The position numbers and the translations under genes were made by a program. From Candidatus Micrarchaeota archaeon (GTDB taxonomy: Archaea > Micrarchaeota > Micrarchaeia > Anstonellales > Bilamarchaeaceae), in contig JAQBFN010000028.1 of the NCBI GenBank assembly GCA_032123335.1, positions 1-32,136 on the forward strand: a stretch of DNA of 32,136 bases, in the 5' to 3' direction. Positions 1 through 9,562 of the stretch are shown here, in pieces. Every line of letters starts with the position of its first letter. Position 1 is the stretch's first letter. The notes under the pieces were generated by a model that saw only the letters and a program-made list of their open reading frames with translations, did no database searches and was not told where the DNA came from.

Positions 1-1
1 C

Positions 2-958
2 AACAAGAACCCTGAAGAAAAGAAGGCCACCCGTGACGGATTCGGCAAAGCTCTCGTAGAACTCGGCGAAAAAGATCCAAACGTATGGGCCCTCACCGCA
101 GACGTTTCAGAATCCTCCCGCACCCACTGGTTTGCAGAGAAATTCCCAAGCCGCTTTGTGCAGGTGGGAATCGCAGAGCAGAACATGGCAGGAGTTGCAG
201 CAGGAATTGCTTCCTGCGGAAAGCGCCCATTCATCTCCGCATTCGGTGCATTCTCCCCAGGAAGGAACTGGGAGCAAATCCGCGTCTCTATCTGCTACAA
301 CAATGTTCCCGTAGTAATCCACGCATCCCACACCGGAATCACCGTGGGCCCGGATGGAGCATCCCACCAGATTCTCGAGGACCTCGCACTCATACGCTCC
401 CTCCCGAACATAAACATGCTCGTTCCCTGCGACATTGAACAGGCCAAGAAGGCCACCTGGCTTCTTTACGAGCAGAAGATGCCCGGCTATATGCGCACAA
501 GCAGGGAAAAAGTCCCCACCCTCACCAACGCAGAAACCCCAATGGAACTCGGCGGCTCCAACATTTACAAGGAAGGAACGGATGTTGCAATCCTTTCCAA
601 TGGCCCAATCCTCTACCAGTCCCTGCTTGCAGCAGAGGAGCTTGAAAAGGAAGGAATCTCCGCAGCAGTAGTGGATATGTACTCCATAAAGCCCATAGAT
701 GAGGCAACAATCAAGGAAATGGCCAAGAACACCGGGCTCATAGTAACCGCAGAAGAGCACCAAGTAATTGGGGGCCTCGGAAGCGCAGTTGCAGAAGTGC
801 TTTCTTCCTACAAGAACGATGCGGTTTTGCGCAGGCACGGAATCTACAACCGTTTCTGCGAGTCCGGCTCCGCTGCAGAGCTCATGGCCAAGTATGAATT
901 AGATTCAAAAGGAATTGCAAAAATAGTAAAAGAAGAAATAAAGAAAAACAAAGGGTGA
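2..958 (+). CDS. Transketolase, C-terminal (pyrimidine-binding) subunit; 5'-truncated by window edge
   Basis: The frame of ORF 158..958 is open back to base 2 ([22 protein letters not shown]...). Motifs [16 protein letters not shown] and [15 protein letters not shown] are typical of split-transketolase C-subunits. Confidence 0.93.
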   Translation, partial: NKNPEEKKATRDGFGKALVELGEKDPNVWALTADVSESSRTHWFAEKFPSRFVQVGIAEQNMAGVAAGIASCGKRPFISAFGAFSPGRNWEQIRVSICYNNVPVVIHASHTGITVGPDGASHQILEDLALIRSLPNINMLVPCDIEQAKKATWLLYEQKMPGYMRTSREKVPTLTNAETPMELGGSNIYKEGTDVAILSNGPILYQSLLAAEELEKEGISAAVVDMYSIKPIDEATIKEMAKNTGLIVTAEEHQVIGGLGSAVAEVLSSYKNDAVLRRHGIYNRFCESGSAAELMAKYELDSKGIAKIVKEEIKKNKG

Positions 959-963
959 AAAAT

Positions 964-1608
964 ATGAAATTTTTCGTGGACACAGCTGATGTTGAAGAAA
1001 TAAAGAAGGCAGTTGAGCTTGGGATGTGCGACGGTGTTACGACCAACCCCTCACTCATCATGAAGTCCGGAAGGGACCAGAAGGAAGTAATCCTTGAGAT
1101 CGCGAAAATCGTTTCCGGCCCCATAAGCGTGGAAGCAATCTCCGAAGATACGGAAGGCATGGTAAAGGAAGCAGAGGAATTCGCTACCTGGGCTCCCAAC
1201 ATCGTAGTTAAGGTCCCCATGACCAAGGAAGGAATCAACGCGGTGCGCATCCTGAAGGAAAAGAACATCCCCACAAACGTAACCCTTGTATTCTCTGCTT
1301 CCCAGGCCCTCCTCGCCGCAAAGGCCGGTGCCGCTTACGTTTCCCCGTTTGTAGGAAGGCTCGATGACATTTCCGAGGACGGCATGGGACTAATTGAAGA
1401 AATTATGGAGATCTTCGACAACTATGATTTCGAAACCCAGCTAATCGTTGCATCCATCCGCGACCCAATCCATGTAACTGAATCCGCAATGCTCGGTGCA
1501 GACATCGCAACTATTCCCGCAAAAGTAATGGAAAAGCTCTGGAAGCACCCCCTCACAGATAAGGGTATCGCTCAGTTCCTTGCAGACTACGAAAAATCAA
1601 AGAAGTAA
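964..1608 (+). CDS. tal: Transaldolase / fructose-6-phosphate aldolase (TalC/Fsa family)
   Basis: [21 protein letters not shown] (Schiff-base Lys) and [14 protein letters not shown] at 964 follows the SD-like GGGTGA. Adjacent to transketolase. Confidence 0.93.
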   Translation: MKFFVDTADVEEIKKAVELGMCDGVTTNPSLIMKSGRDQKEVILEIAKIVSGPISVEAISEDTEGMVKEAEEFATWAPNIVVKVPMTKEGINAVRILKEKNIPTNVTLVFSASQALLAAKAGAAYVSPFVGRLDDISEDGMGLIEEIMEIFDNYDFETQLIVASIRDPIHVTESAMLGADIATIPAKVMEKLWKHPLTDKGIAQFLADYEKSKK

Positions 1609-1610
1609 TC

Positions 1611-2522
1611 CTACTTCTTTTTCTCCTCTTTTTCAGGCTTCAGCTCAACACTCATCCCGTCTTTTGCGCAAACAGAATTCCTGAAAACTTTTTTCGCTTC
1701 AGCTTCCAGCTCAGGCCCCCTATACCTCGCCCCAATATGCGTAAGCACCAGCTGCTTCACCTTCGCCTTTTTCGCAATGGTTGCAGCCTCCTTCGCAGTA
1801 GAGTGCCCCCGCATTTCCGCCTCCTCCTTCAAATCATCCCCGAAAGTAGAATCATGAATAAGCAAATCCGCCCCCTCCGCAATCTTCGCAGTCCCCTCAT
1901 CATATATGGAATCCCCGGAATACACAACCCGCATCCCCTTCCGCACCCAGGAAACATCCTCCAATTTAATCGTTTTACTCCCAACCTTCACTTTCCCCTT
2001 TTCCTGTATCTCCTTGAACATCTTCCCCTTCAGCCCCAGCTTCTTCGCCTTCGCCTCATGAAACTTGTTCTTATCCTCCTCCTGGAAAACCAGCCCAAAA
2101 GCATCACGCTTCTGGTGCTTCACATGGAATCCGGATATGGTGTAATCCTTCCCTTTGTACAACTCCCCCTCACGCATCTCCCGGATATCCAGGAACGAGG
2201 GTTCCCAACCCATTGTGGGGCTTATCCCCGCAAGCATCCGCTCAAACCCCCTCGGAGCAAATACCGTAATTTTCTTCCTCTCCGTATTCATGCGCACAGT
2301 CTCAATAAGCCCAAAAACCCCCATCACATGGTCCAGGTGCAAATGCGTAATAAATACCGCTTCAACCCCCCCATACCCTATCCTATTCCTCATCATTTCC
2401 CTCTGGCACCCTTCACCGCAGTCCCAAAGAAACAACTTATCATACTTCAGCGCTATCGCTGGCATTGCACGGTAAGCGCTGGGAACTGCCCCACTGGTCC
2501 CAAGAAATGTAATATTAAGCAT
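1611..2522 (-). CDS. rnz: Ribonuclease Z (tRNase Z)
   Basis: N-terminal FLGTSGAVP, DCGEG, metallo-beta-lactamase motif THLHLDH, plus YSGD, GHST and LTH. Confidence 0.93.
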   Translation of the reverse strand: MLNITFLGTSGAVPSAYRAMPAIALKYDKLFLWDCGEGCQREMMRNRIGYGGVEAVFITHLHLDHVMGVFGLIETVRMNTERKKITVFAPRGFERMLAGISPTMGWEPSFLDIREMREGELYKGKDYTISGFHVKHQKRDAFGLVFQEEDKNKFHEAKAKKLGLKGKMFKEIQEKGKVKVGSKTIKLEDVSWVRKGMRVVYSGDSIYDEGTAKIAEGADLLIHDSTFGDDLKEEAEMRGHSTAKEAATIAKKAKVKQLVLTHIGARYRGPELEAEAKKVFRNSVCAKDGMSVELKPEKEEKKK

Positions 2523-2566
2523 AACTCCAATTGGAGAAGAAGAATTTAATAAAAGAAGGGAAAAGA

Positions 2567-2938
2567 CTAAGCCTTCTTTGGCTTAGCTTTGCTCTTGACG
2601 ATCTTAACTTTTGATGGGGTCAATATGACAAGGTCCTGGGTAAGGAGGGCTATGTCCCCATTCGCTTTCTCGCAAGTCATCTTGAGCTTGCCGATAATCG
2701 TCTTGAGTCTGTTCGGCTGCTTTGAAAGTGCATGCACATTCAGGATAATGATGTTCTTTGCAGTGAGTTCCTTCATTGCAAGGTTTGCATCCCCTTCATT
2801 TCTAAGTTCAATCCGCTTCACATAAAAGTCCGCTGGGGGGTTTACTGCGTCCCCTTCATCTTCCAAATCGAGATAATGCTCGAGGTCAGGAACTTCTTCC
2901 TTTTCTTTTCCGCCCATAATTTTGTCGAATATACCCAT
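2567..2938 (-). CDS. sepF: Archaeal cell-division protein SepF
   Basis: Amphipathic N-terminus MGIFDKIMG, a NIIILNV core and GDIA..LVILTPSKVKI C-terminus, matching archaeal SepF. Confidence 0.82.
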   Translation of the reverse strand: MGIFDKIMGGKEKEEVPDLEHYLDLEDEGDAVNPPADFYVKRIELRNEGDANLAMKELTAKNIIILNVHALSKQPNRLKTIIGKLKMTCEKANGDIALLTQDLVILTPSKVKIVKSKAKPKKA

Positions 2939-3074
2939 TGTAACACCTTGTCTAGAGAGTTAGCCTATTTAGATAAACAAATTTAAATACCTTATCCCCC
3001 TTCCGAATATCCCGGGAATACCGGAAGCATAGTTTTATTAACCATTTCCACTAATCTAGTTTTGAGTTGGGTCT

Positions 3075-4259
3075 ATGCCTTCTTTTGATGAATTTATAGT
3101 TGAATCCAAAATATTTAAAGACAGGGACGTTCTTTCCCCGCACTACATCCCGGACACCCTGCATTTCCGGGACCACCAACTCCGGGAACTGATGTCCTCC
3201 CTTGCCCCCGCCCTGATGGGCAAGAAACCCCGCAATCTATTCATTTACGGGAAAACCGGCACAGGGAAAACCTGCTCAGTAAAGCAGATAACCCAGAAAT
3301 TCGAGGAAAAATCCGGAGACCGCTCCAGAATCGTATACATAAACTGCAGAATCCACAACAAGCCCTACCGTGTAATGCTCAAAGTAGCAAAAGCAGTAAT
3401 GGAAGGCTTCGACAAGCAGGGCTATGGCCTCCCCCACATATACGAACGCCTCCTTGAATGGGCAGGGAACGGAAAGCAGCTAATCATAGTCCTGGATGAA
3501 ATAGACATGGTGAAAAACCTCGATGAGCTCCTCTACATGATTACACGCGCAAACGATGAGCTGGAAGCAGGCGGCCTCTCAGTAATCGGGATCTCCAACA
3601 GGCTCCTCTTCAAGGAGGACCTGGACCCAAGGAGCAAATCCAGCCTCTACGAACGTGAAATGGTCTTTCCCCCATACACCGCAAACCAGCTCCAGACTAT
3701 CCTTAAGCAGCGCGCAGAACTCGGCTTCCACCCAAATGCATTCACATCCGGCGCAATAAACCTCGCAGGTGCAGTTGCTGCCCAGGAATCCGGGGATGCA
3801 AGGTACGCACTCAAAATCCTCTCCCGCGCAGCCGAAATAGCCGAGGAATCCAAAAAAGATAAACTCACGGATGCGGAAGTAAATGCTGCCCGCGAGATGG
3901 TAGAACTGGATATAGTAAAGGAAGCAATCGAGAAGCTCCCGGAAAACCACCAGGTGGTGCTTTACGCAATTGCAAAGCTTTCCCTTTCCGGAAGCAAATA
4001 CGCAAGGCTTGATGAAACCAACAACGGTTACCTTTTTTCAGGAGAAGTCTACGAAGAATACTCGGACCTCTGCAAGAGGCTCAAGAAGCCCCCCAAGACC
4101 GCCCGCAGCTACCGCAGCTACCTTAATGATTTGGAAATGCTCGGCCTGCTTACATGTGTGGAAAGCGGAAAGGGAATCCGGGGCCATACCAAGCTCATAA
4201 AGCTCGGCCACCCGCCCCAGGAGCTCATAAAAATAGTTTCCAAAAATCTGGAGGCATGA
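3075..4259 (+). CDS. cdc6: Cdc6/Orc1 replication initiator (AAA+ and winged helix)
   Basis: IFKDRDVLSPHYIP, Walker A GKTGTGKT, Walker B IVLDEID, FPPYTANQL, GDARYAL and a C-terminal LNDLEMLGLL..GKGIRG winged helix. Confidence 0.96.
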   Translation: MPSFDEFIVESKIFKDRDVLSPHYIPDTLHFRDHQLRELMSSLAPALMGKKPRNLFIYGKTGTGKTCSVKQITQKFEEKSGDRSRIVYINCRIHNKPYRVMLKVAKAVMEGFDKQGYGLPHIYERLLEWAGNGKQLIIVLDEIDMVKNLDELLYMITRANDELEAGGLSVIGISNRLLFKEDLDPRSKSSLYEREMVFPPYTANQLQTILKQRAELGFHPNAFTSGAINLAGAVAAQESGDARYALKILSRAAEIAEESKKDKLTDAEVNAAREMVELDIVKEAIEKLPENHQVVLYAIAKLSLSGSKYARLDETNNGYLFSGEVYEEYSDLCKRLKKPPKTARSYRSYLNDLEMLGLLTCVESGKGIRGHTKLIKLGHPPQELIKIVSKNLEA

Positions 4260-4783
4260 AAATGGACATAATTGATTTTCTCTACCAGGCCGGAGCCCTC
4301 AAGGACGTTGACCGCTCAGGCTGGAAAACAGTTGGAATCCAGCCGGAATCCGTTTCCGAGCACAGCTACCGCACCGCCCTTATTGCTTATTTCCTTGCAA
4401 AGGAAGAAGGAATCAAGGACCTGGAAGGCGTACTGCTCGCAGCCCTGCTCCACGACGTTCACGAAGCCCTCACCACCGATTTGCATTTAGTTGCAAAAAA
4501 GTACGCAAACGTAAACGAGCAGAAAGCCCGGGACGATACTTTAAGTTTTTTCCCGGATTTCCAGCGCCCATTCAAAGATGAAAAAATAATGCAAATCGTA
4601 AAGGATGCAGACAAGCTTGAATGCATTTTCCAGGCCAAGGAATACCAGGATCTTGGAAACCCCTATGTAAAGGACTGGATAAAAAACGCATCCGCATCCC
4701 TTAAAACTCATTCTGCGAAATCACTCTGCGAAAAAGCCCTCAAGCGCGATGCGTTCAATTGGCTTTTCGAGGCAAGAAAATGA
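4256..4783 (+). CDS. HD-domain phosphohydrolase (YfbR/5'-deoxynucleotidase-like)
   Basis: LKDVDRSGW, ESVSEHSYR, LLHDVHEA and VKDADKLE. ATG at 4256 overlaps the cdc6 stop (ATGA). Confidence 0.88.
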   Translation: MKMDIIDFLYQAGALKDVDRSGWKTVGIQPESVSEHSYRTALIAYFLAKEEGIKDLEGVLLAALLHDVHEALTTDLHLVAKKYANVNEQKARDDTLSFFPDFQRPFKDEKIMQIVKDADKLECIFQAKEYQDLGNPYVKDWIKNASASLKTHSAKSLCEKALKRDAFNWLFEARK

Positions 4784-5277
4784 AAAGATTTATGTTTTCC
4801 CTGGCGCTGCTCCTGCTCTTTTCAGGCTGCATCCAGATGAAAACAGATGAGGACTGCCAATCACTAACCCAGGATGAAATTGAAACCCAGACTGCATGGG
4901 GATATGCGCCTACAGGGGTGGATGAGCATTACTTTGTAAAAGCCAAGGTTACCTGCTGGCACAATGCTGCCCTTGCCCATGCGGCCATGAACAACCGCAT
5001 CAATGCAACCCTTGCATGCAACAATATCCTGGAAGCTTCCACGGATAGCTTAGACCAGGATCTCCTTGCGCGTGAGCATGTTTACTGCATCGGTGCAATT
5101 GCACCGCGCCTCAGGGACCAAAGCATCTGTGAGGAGATAGATGGAGATTCTTTTGCATTTGAAAAAACCAGATGCATCTCAAACTCGGAAGTGGAGGAGC
5201 AGGTCTGCGTACTCACAACATTCGCATTGCTTGCGCTATCCATTCCACTTTTTTTCCTAAGGCGCAAAGAGGATTAA
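4780..5277 (+). CDS. Cys-rich membrane-anchored lipoprotein, unknown function
   Basis: ATG at 4780 overlaps the upstream stop. Signal peptide with lipobox LFSGC, spaced cysteines, and a C-terminal hydrophobic helix followed by RRKED. Confidence 0.7.
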   Translation: MKRFMFSLALLLLFSGCIQMKTDEDCQSLTQDEIETQTAWGYAPTGVDEHYFVKAKVTCWHNAALAHAAMNNRINATLACNNILEASTDSLDQDLLAREHVYCIGAIAPRLRDQSICEEIDGDSFAFEKTRCISNSEVEEQVCVLTTFALLALSIPLFFLRRKED

Positions 5278-5570
5278 TCAGTTTCTTCCAGGTCCATTAT
5301 CTCTAATGCTTTCCTTACGCTCATTCCCTCCCTTATCCCCATATCATCTGCCCAGGAGGTAGTTTCCTTTATCTTCGCATTGAAAAATGCACCGTAATCT
5401 TTTACACCTGAAACAAATGCTGCAACGTCCCCTACTTTTTCTGCAGTGGTTTTGCTTACGTAGCTGCACGCAATGTATCCGCGTTTTGCGCGGACGATAA
5501 TCAGTGTGAGATTTCCGATTTTCTGCTTTATTCCATTGTATGATTTTCCATCGAACTCAACGGGTTCCAC
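5274..5570 (-). CDS. YunC/DUF1805-family protein
   Basis: GTG at 5570 follows SD GGAGGT. LIIVRAKRGYIACSY, AAFVSGVK and MGIREGMSVRKAL resemble DUF1805. Confidence 0.75.
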   Translation of the reverse strand: MEPVEFDGKSYNGIKQKIGNLTLIIVRAKRGYIACSYVSKTTAEKVGDVAAFVSGVKDYGAFFNAKIKETTSWADDMGIREGMSVRKALEIMDLEETD

Positions 5571-5571
5571 G

Positions 5572-5823
5572 TTAGAACCTCCCTTCTTTCCTCTCTCGCC
5601 TTCGTTCGGCCTGTTGCTTTTTCTTCTCGAAAATCTTCCTGTGCTTTGCACAGCTTATGCAGTAGTATTCCATAGTGCTTGAAAATGCAGTAACGTTTTC
5701 CCGGTCCCTAAAATCGGTAGTAAAAGAACTCCTTCTTTCATAATCAACCGCCTTGTCCCTTGGAACAGCACGACCACAGGAAACACAAGTCATGAGCCTG
5801 TCTCTTCCACGTCTTTTTCCCAT
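5572..5823 (-). CDS. rps26e: 30S ribosomal protein S26e (eS26)
   Basis: RGR..CxxCGRAVPRDKAV and YCISCAKHRKI zinc-binding motifs; basic protein. Confidence 0.9.
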   Translation of the reverse strand: MGKRRGRDRLMTCVSCGRAVPRDKAVDYERRSSFTTDFRDRENVTAFSSTMEYYCISCAKHRKIFEKKKQQAERRRERKEGRF

Positions 5824-6172
5824 GTTTATAACCTCTTGAACAGTTTGCTCAGCTTCCCACTTTTTGTTCCACCAAACGTATATACTATTGCTGTATTGAG
5901 TTTAAATAACTTGTTCCTTAAAACCGGCCCAAGGCCTTCTGTTTTAACAATATTTGTGCCAAGCAGCGGATTAAATGAAGGAATCAAAACCAGTTTAATT
6001 CTCCTGTTGTAATCCGGATATTTCTTTTCTATATTCTTTTTTTCCGGATTCATGTCCACTCATGCAGGCTCCCTTCCCAACCAGAAATTGAACCATCTAA
6101 TACTTCCAAGGCCTTATGAACCCCAATATGATTTTTCTTTTTAATAATGAGAATTGCACGGCCTTGTAAGGG

Positions 6173-6355
6173 TTACTTTACCTTAACCGCATATCTTCCC
6201 GGAGACTTCACATCCGAAATCCTTGCAATCTCGGACTTTTCCGGGTCAATCACAATAAGCAATCCGGAGAACCTGTCGCTCAGGTCATCGGACTGGCATG
6301 CAGGGCAGGTTTCCCCTTCCTCAACCATCTTCTTGCAGTTCCTGCACGCCTTCAT
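6173..6355 (-). CDS. spt4: Transcription elongation factor Spt4 (RpoE'')
   Basis: KACRNC..CPAC, GLLIVIDPEKSEIA and PGRYAVKV; directly downstream of rpo7. Confidence 0.93.
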   Translation of the reverse strand: MKACRNCKKMVEEGETCPACQSDDLSDRFSGLLIVIDPEKSEIARISDVKSPGRYAVKVK

Positions 6356-6933
6356 TTTCTAGCCTCTTTCTTTGCTTTCTTTGCAGCACTCTTTTCATCC
6401 TTCTTTTCCTTGTCCCAGCGCATCACTCCAAGCCCTTCTGAGCGCATCGTAAGCCCGATTTTTGTATCCGAAGTAGTTCCTTTGAGGCTAACTGTTGAAA
6501 CCTTGAGCAGCACACCATCTCCCTTTTTGAGGCTCATTCCCCTCTTTGTGCCGAGCGCCCTTGTTTTCTTATCATAGAAGAATTTCTCGTTCCCAATCTG
6601 GGAAATGTGTATAAGCCCGTCCAGCGGCCCTATTGATGCGAATGCCCCGAACTCCACAATTTCCCTTACCTGGGCCGCATAAACCTCGTTTACATGAGGC
6701 AGGAAAGAAATCGCATTAAACTGCACCTTATAGTATATCCCCCCATCTCCCGGGATTACAGTACCCTGCCCGCCTACATCCACATCTTCCACTGCAATAA
6801 TCATGCCCAGCTCTTTGAAAATCCTTCTCTCGTATTTCTCCCTGAGTATCTTTGTAATCGCATCATTGAGCTTCATCACTAGCATGCTTGGTGGCAGCCT
6901 TACAGTATCCTCGGCCTTTAGTTCATAATACAT
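6352..6933 (-). CDS. rpo7: DNA-directed RNA polymerase subunit E' (Rpo7)
   Basis: DTVRLPP, IPGDGGIYY, S1 domain EFGAFASIGPLDGLIHISQI and KIGLTMR..GLG. Confidence 0.95.
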   Translation of the reverse strand: MYYELKAEDTVRLPPSMLVMKLNDAITKILREKYERRIFKELGMIIAVEDVDVGGQGTVIPGDGGIYYKVQFNAISFLPHVNEVYAAQVREIVEFGAFASIGPLDGLIHISQIGNEKFFYDKKTRALGTKRGMSLKKGDGVLLKVSTVSLKGTTSDTKIGLTMRSEGLGVMRWDKEKKDEKSAAKKAKKEARK

Positions 6934-6985
6934 AATAAGTCACCGGCAACCCACTATTTACATGCATAATATTTAAAAAGGGCGT

Positions 6986-7465
6986 TTAACCCCGCCAAAC
7001 AATGCGTTCTATTGCTTCAGCAACTCTTTCTTCCTGCTCCCGAGTGAGGGGTGGCAGCGGAATTATGCTGTTCCCCTCCCCAAGCTTTCCCGCATTAAGA
7101 AGTATATCAGAAGTTGTTTTATGCCCCCCAGCCATTGCTTTTGTGAACGCGCACCTACTTGCAAAATCAGCAAGGCTCACTTCTACGTCCCCATCAACCA
7201 TCATCTGCACAAGCTTGTCCTTCCCTTCCGCAGCAGCATAGGTAAGCGCGCTGTATCCAAAATGATCCCTTTCTTCTGCCTTCGCACCTCCCTCAAGAAG
7301 CAAGTCCATCCTTTTCCATTGCTTTCTTTTTGCAGCTTTCAAAAGATGGATATCCAGGGTCTTTTGGACCCTTGGGCTAAGGAATTTTGGCTCTGCAGCC
7401 ACATCAGGAATTTTTGGTGCAGGCCTGCTTTCTCTTGTTGGAACTTTTTTCTGCTTTTGGACCAT
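6986..7465 (-). CDS. Ankyrin-repeat protein
   Basis: LLKAAK..LLLEGGA, RDHFGYSALTYAAAEG and AFTKAMAGGH are ankyrin-like repeats; basic low-complexity N-terminus. Confidence 0.7.
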   Translation of the reverse strand: MVQKQKKVPTRESRPAPKIPDVAAEPKFLSPRVQKTLDIHLLKAAKRKQWKRMDLLLEGGAKAEERDHFGYSALTYAAAEGKDKLVQMMVDGDVEVSLADFASRCAFTKAMAGGHKTTSDILLNAGKLGEGNSIIPLPPLTREQEERVAEAIERIVWRG

Positions 7466-7560
7466 TGGGGATAATAAGGAAACAGAATAATTAAAAAGGT
7501 GTATTTTTTGGTGTTTTGTAGAAAAAGAACTCTTTTAAGCACCTGCAGAAATCAAACAGT

Positions 7561-8565
7561 ATGCAGAAATTAATTGCAGTTTTCCTATTTTCAATTCTCC
7601 TGCTCAGCGGATGTACAAAACAAGAATCTGTTGATCCGATTACTCCTCAGCAGCCTCCAACAGAGCCATCACTTGAACCTGCGGCTGCACCCCCAGATTA
7701 TCCATTGAAAGGAGTAAGCGTTTCCCCAAAAAGCTTCGAAGGAACTGATTTTGTGGACTTTCTGGAAAAGGTAAAGCAAACCCAGGATGTGCTATTGTGG
7801 GCAGGAGACTGGATGGGGGTGCACAATGAAGAAGCCCCAAAAACCTTTACCGAATTAGCACCCCAGTACGACTACGTGCCCATAATAGAGGTGGGCCACT
7901 ACATCCAGGAATCCGGGGATTTACTCCGCCCCCTAAACGAAGAAAACAAAAAAATCTACATGGACAGCTCAGTGGCGTTCGCAGAAACATACCAGCCGGA
8001 GTATTTCGGAATCGGGGTCGAGATTAATGTTTTCGCTGAAAAAAACCCTGAGGATTTTGAAGAGTTCGTTGTTTTCTACAATGAAGTTTATGGTGAAATA
8101 AAGAAGGTTTCCCCAAACACAAAAGTGTTCACAGTATTCCAGCTTGAAAAAATGAAAGGGCTCAAGATGTGGGAGATAGAAGAAAGCGAGCCCCAATGGG
8201 AAATGATTGACAGGTTCAACTCGGATATTGTTGCCTTCACCACTTACCCAGGTTTATTCTACCGGGACCCTTCAGACATTCCCCCGGACCACTATACAGA
8301 AATCGAATCCCACACAACAAAGCCAATCGCATTTACTGAAATTGGATGGCACAGCGCAACCTCTCCGGAAGGATGGGAAAGCTCTGAAGACGAGCAGGTA
8401 GAATTCATTGAGCGCTTTTTTGAATTGACAAAAGGGATGGATGTGGAAATAGAGGTATGGACTTTCATGTACAGCCCGGACATATTTGAGCCTTTTGACA
8501 GCATGGGCCTGCTTAAGGACGATGAAGAAACATCCCCGGCATTTGAAGCCTGGAACGAGGATTGA
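7561..8565 (+). CDS. Lipoprotein with putative clan GH-A glycoside-hydrolase TIM barrel
   Basis: Lipobox LLSGC and a Pro-rich linker. GIGVEIN (putative acid/base Glu) and IAFTEIGW (putative nucleophile Glu) resemble GH5/GH53-like enzymes. Confidence 0.65.
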   Translation: MQKLIAVFLFSILLLSGCTKQESVDPITPQQPPTEPSLEPAAAPPDYPLKGVSVSPKSFEGTDFVDFLEKVKQTQDVLLWAGDWMGVHNEEAPKTFTELAPQYDYVPIIEVGHYIQESGDLLRPLNEENKKIYMDSSVAFAETYQPEYFGIGVEINVFAEKNPEDFEEFVVFYNEVYGEIKKVSPNTKVFTVFQLEKMKGLKMWEIEESEPQWEMIDRFNSDIVAFTTYPGLFYRDPSDIPPDHYTEIESHTTKPIAFTEIGWHSATSPEGWESSEDEQVEFIERFFELTKGMDVEIEVWTFMYSPDIFEPFDSMGLLKDDEETSPAFEAWNED

Positions 8566-8566
8566 A

Positions 8567-9562
8567 ATGAAAAACTTCCTGATTTGCATATTGCTTGTTT
8601 CCCTTTTGCTTAGTGGTTGCAGTAAGGAAGAAACAGCCGAACCTCCGTTTAGCGAGCCCGAACCAGAACCTGAACCAGACTCTAATCTGATAGTCTATCC
8701 AAGAGAATCCACAATCCCTGAAGACGCAATTAAAATGACTCCGGAAATGGACAAGCTTCCTCCAATACTCCACTCAGATGAATATGGCGAACCCGTTCCT
8801 ATGCCCTACCCAATAAACACAAAAGGAGCAGAGGATTCTGCATTTATTACCCCGGATGGAAATAATTTCTACGTTTGGTTTACTCCAGATCCGAATATTC
8901 CGGTAGTGGAGCAACTAACTGATGGGGTAACTGCAATCTACTGGTCCAAGAAAGTAAATGGGGAATGGCAGGGGCCAGAAAGACTAATCCTAAATGATGA
9001 CCTGTCTTTAGATGGATGTTTGTTTGTGCAGGGAAACGAAGCGTGGTTTTGCTCAGCACGTATAGGAAATATCAGGGAACTTGACATTTATACTGTAGAA
9101 CTGGTGAATGGAACATGGACCAACTGGCAGAATGCAGGAGAACCAATCAATATGGAATATTGGACTGGAGAACTGCATATCACTTCAGATGGAAAGCAAA
9201 TGTATTATCATTCTGAGCGCGAAGATTCTCTGGGCTGCTATGATATCTACGTTATAGAAAAAGTAAATGGAGAATGGCAGCCACCAGAGCCGGTTCCTGC
9301 AGTAAACACGGAAGCATGTGAAGGCTGGCCATTTGTTACCGAAGACATGAACGAACTTTGGTTTACCCGGATCTATTTGGGCTCCCCTGCAATCTACAAA
9401 TCAGAACTAATTAATGGAACCTGGCAGGAACCTGAACTAATCCTCTCCCAGTTTGCGGGTGAATCCACATTGGACATTGAAGGAAATCTTTATTTCACGC
9501 ATCACTTCTATGAAAACGGAACAATGCTTGAAGCAGACATCTATGTAGCATACAAAAAATAA
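8567..9562 (+). CDS. Lipoprotein with TolB/PD40-like beta-propeller repeats
   Basis: ATG at 8567, lipobox LLSGC and a PEPEPEP linker. Repeats SAFITPDG..FY, ITSDGKQMYY and DIY..KVNGEWQ.PE. Confidence 0.72.
   Translation: MKNFLICILLVSLLLSGCSKEETAEPPFSEPEPEPEPDSNLIVYPRESTIPEDAIKMTPEMDKLPPILHSDEYGEPVPMPYPINTKGAEDSAFITPDGNNFYVWFTPDPNIPVVEQLTDGVTAIYWSKKVNGEWQGPERLILNDDLSLDGCLFVQGNEAWFCSARIGNIRELDIYTVELVNGTWTNWQNAGEPINMEYWTGELHITSDGKQMYYHSEREDSLGCYDIYVIEKVNGEWQPPEPVPAVNTEACEGWPFVTEDMNELWFTRIYLGSPAIYKSELINGTWQEPELILSQFAGESTLDIEGNLYFTHHFYENGTMLEADIYVAYKK

Noticed and set aside
2939..3074. Replication origin next to cdc6
   Set aside because: The spacer is only about 135 bp, with no repeated ORB-like boxes and no long AT-rich unwinding element.
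5826..6059. 77-aa minus-strand ORF upstream of rps26e
   Set aside because: AT-rich, no recognisable motif, and it spans the likely rps26e promoter (TTATTTAAA). Cannot be supported as a gene, though not excluded.
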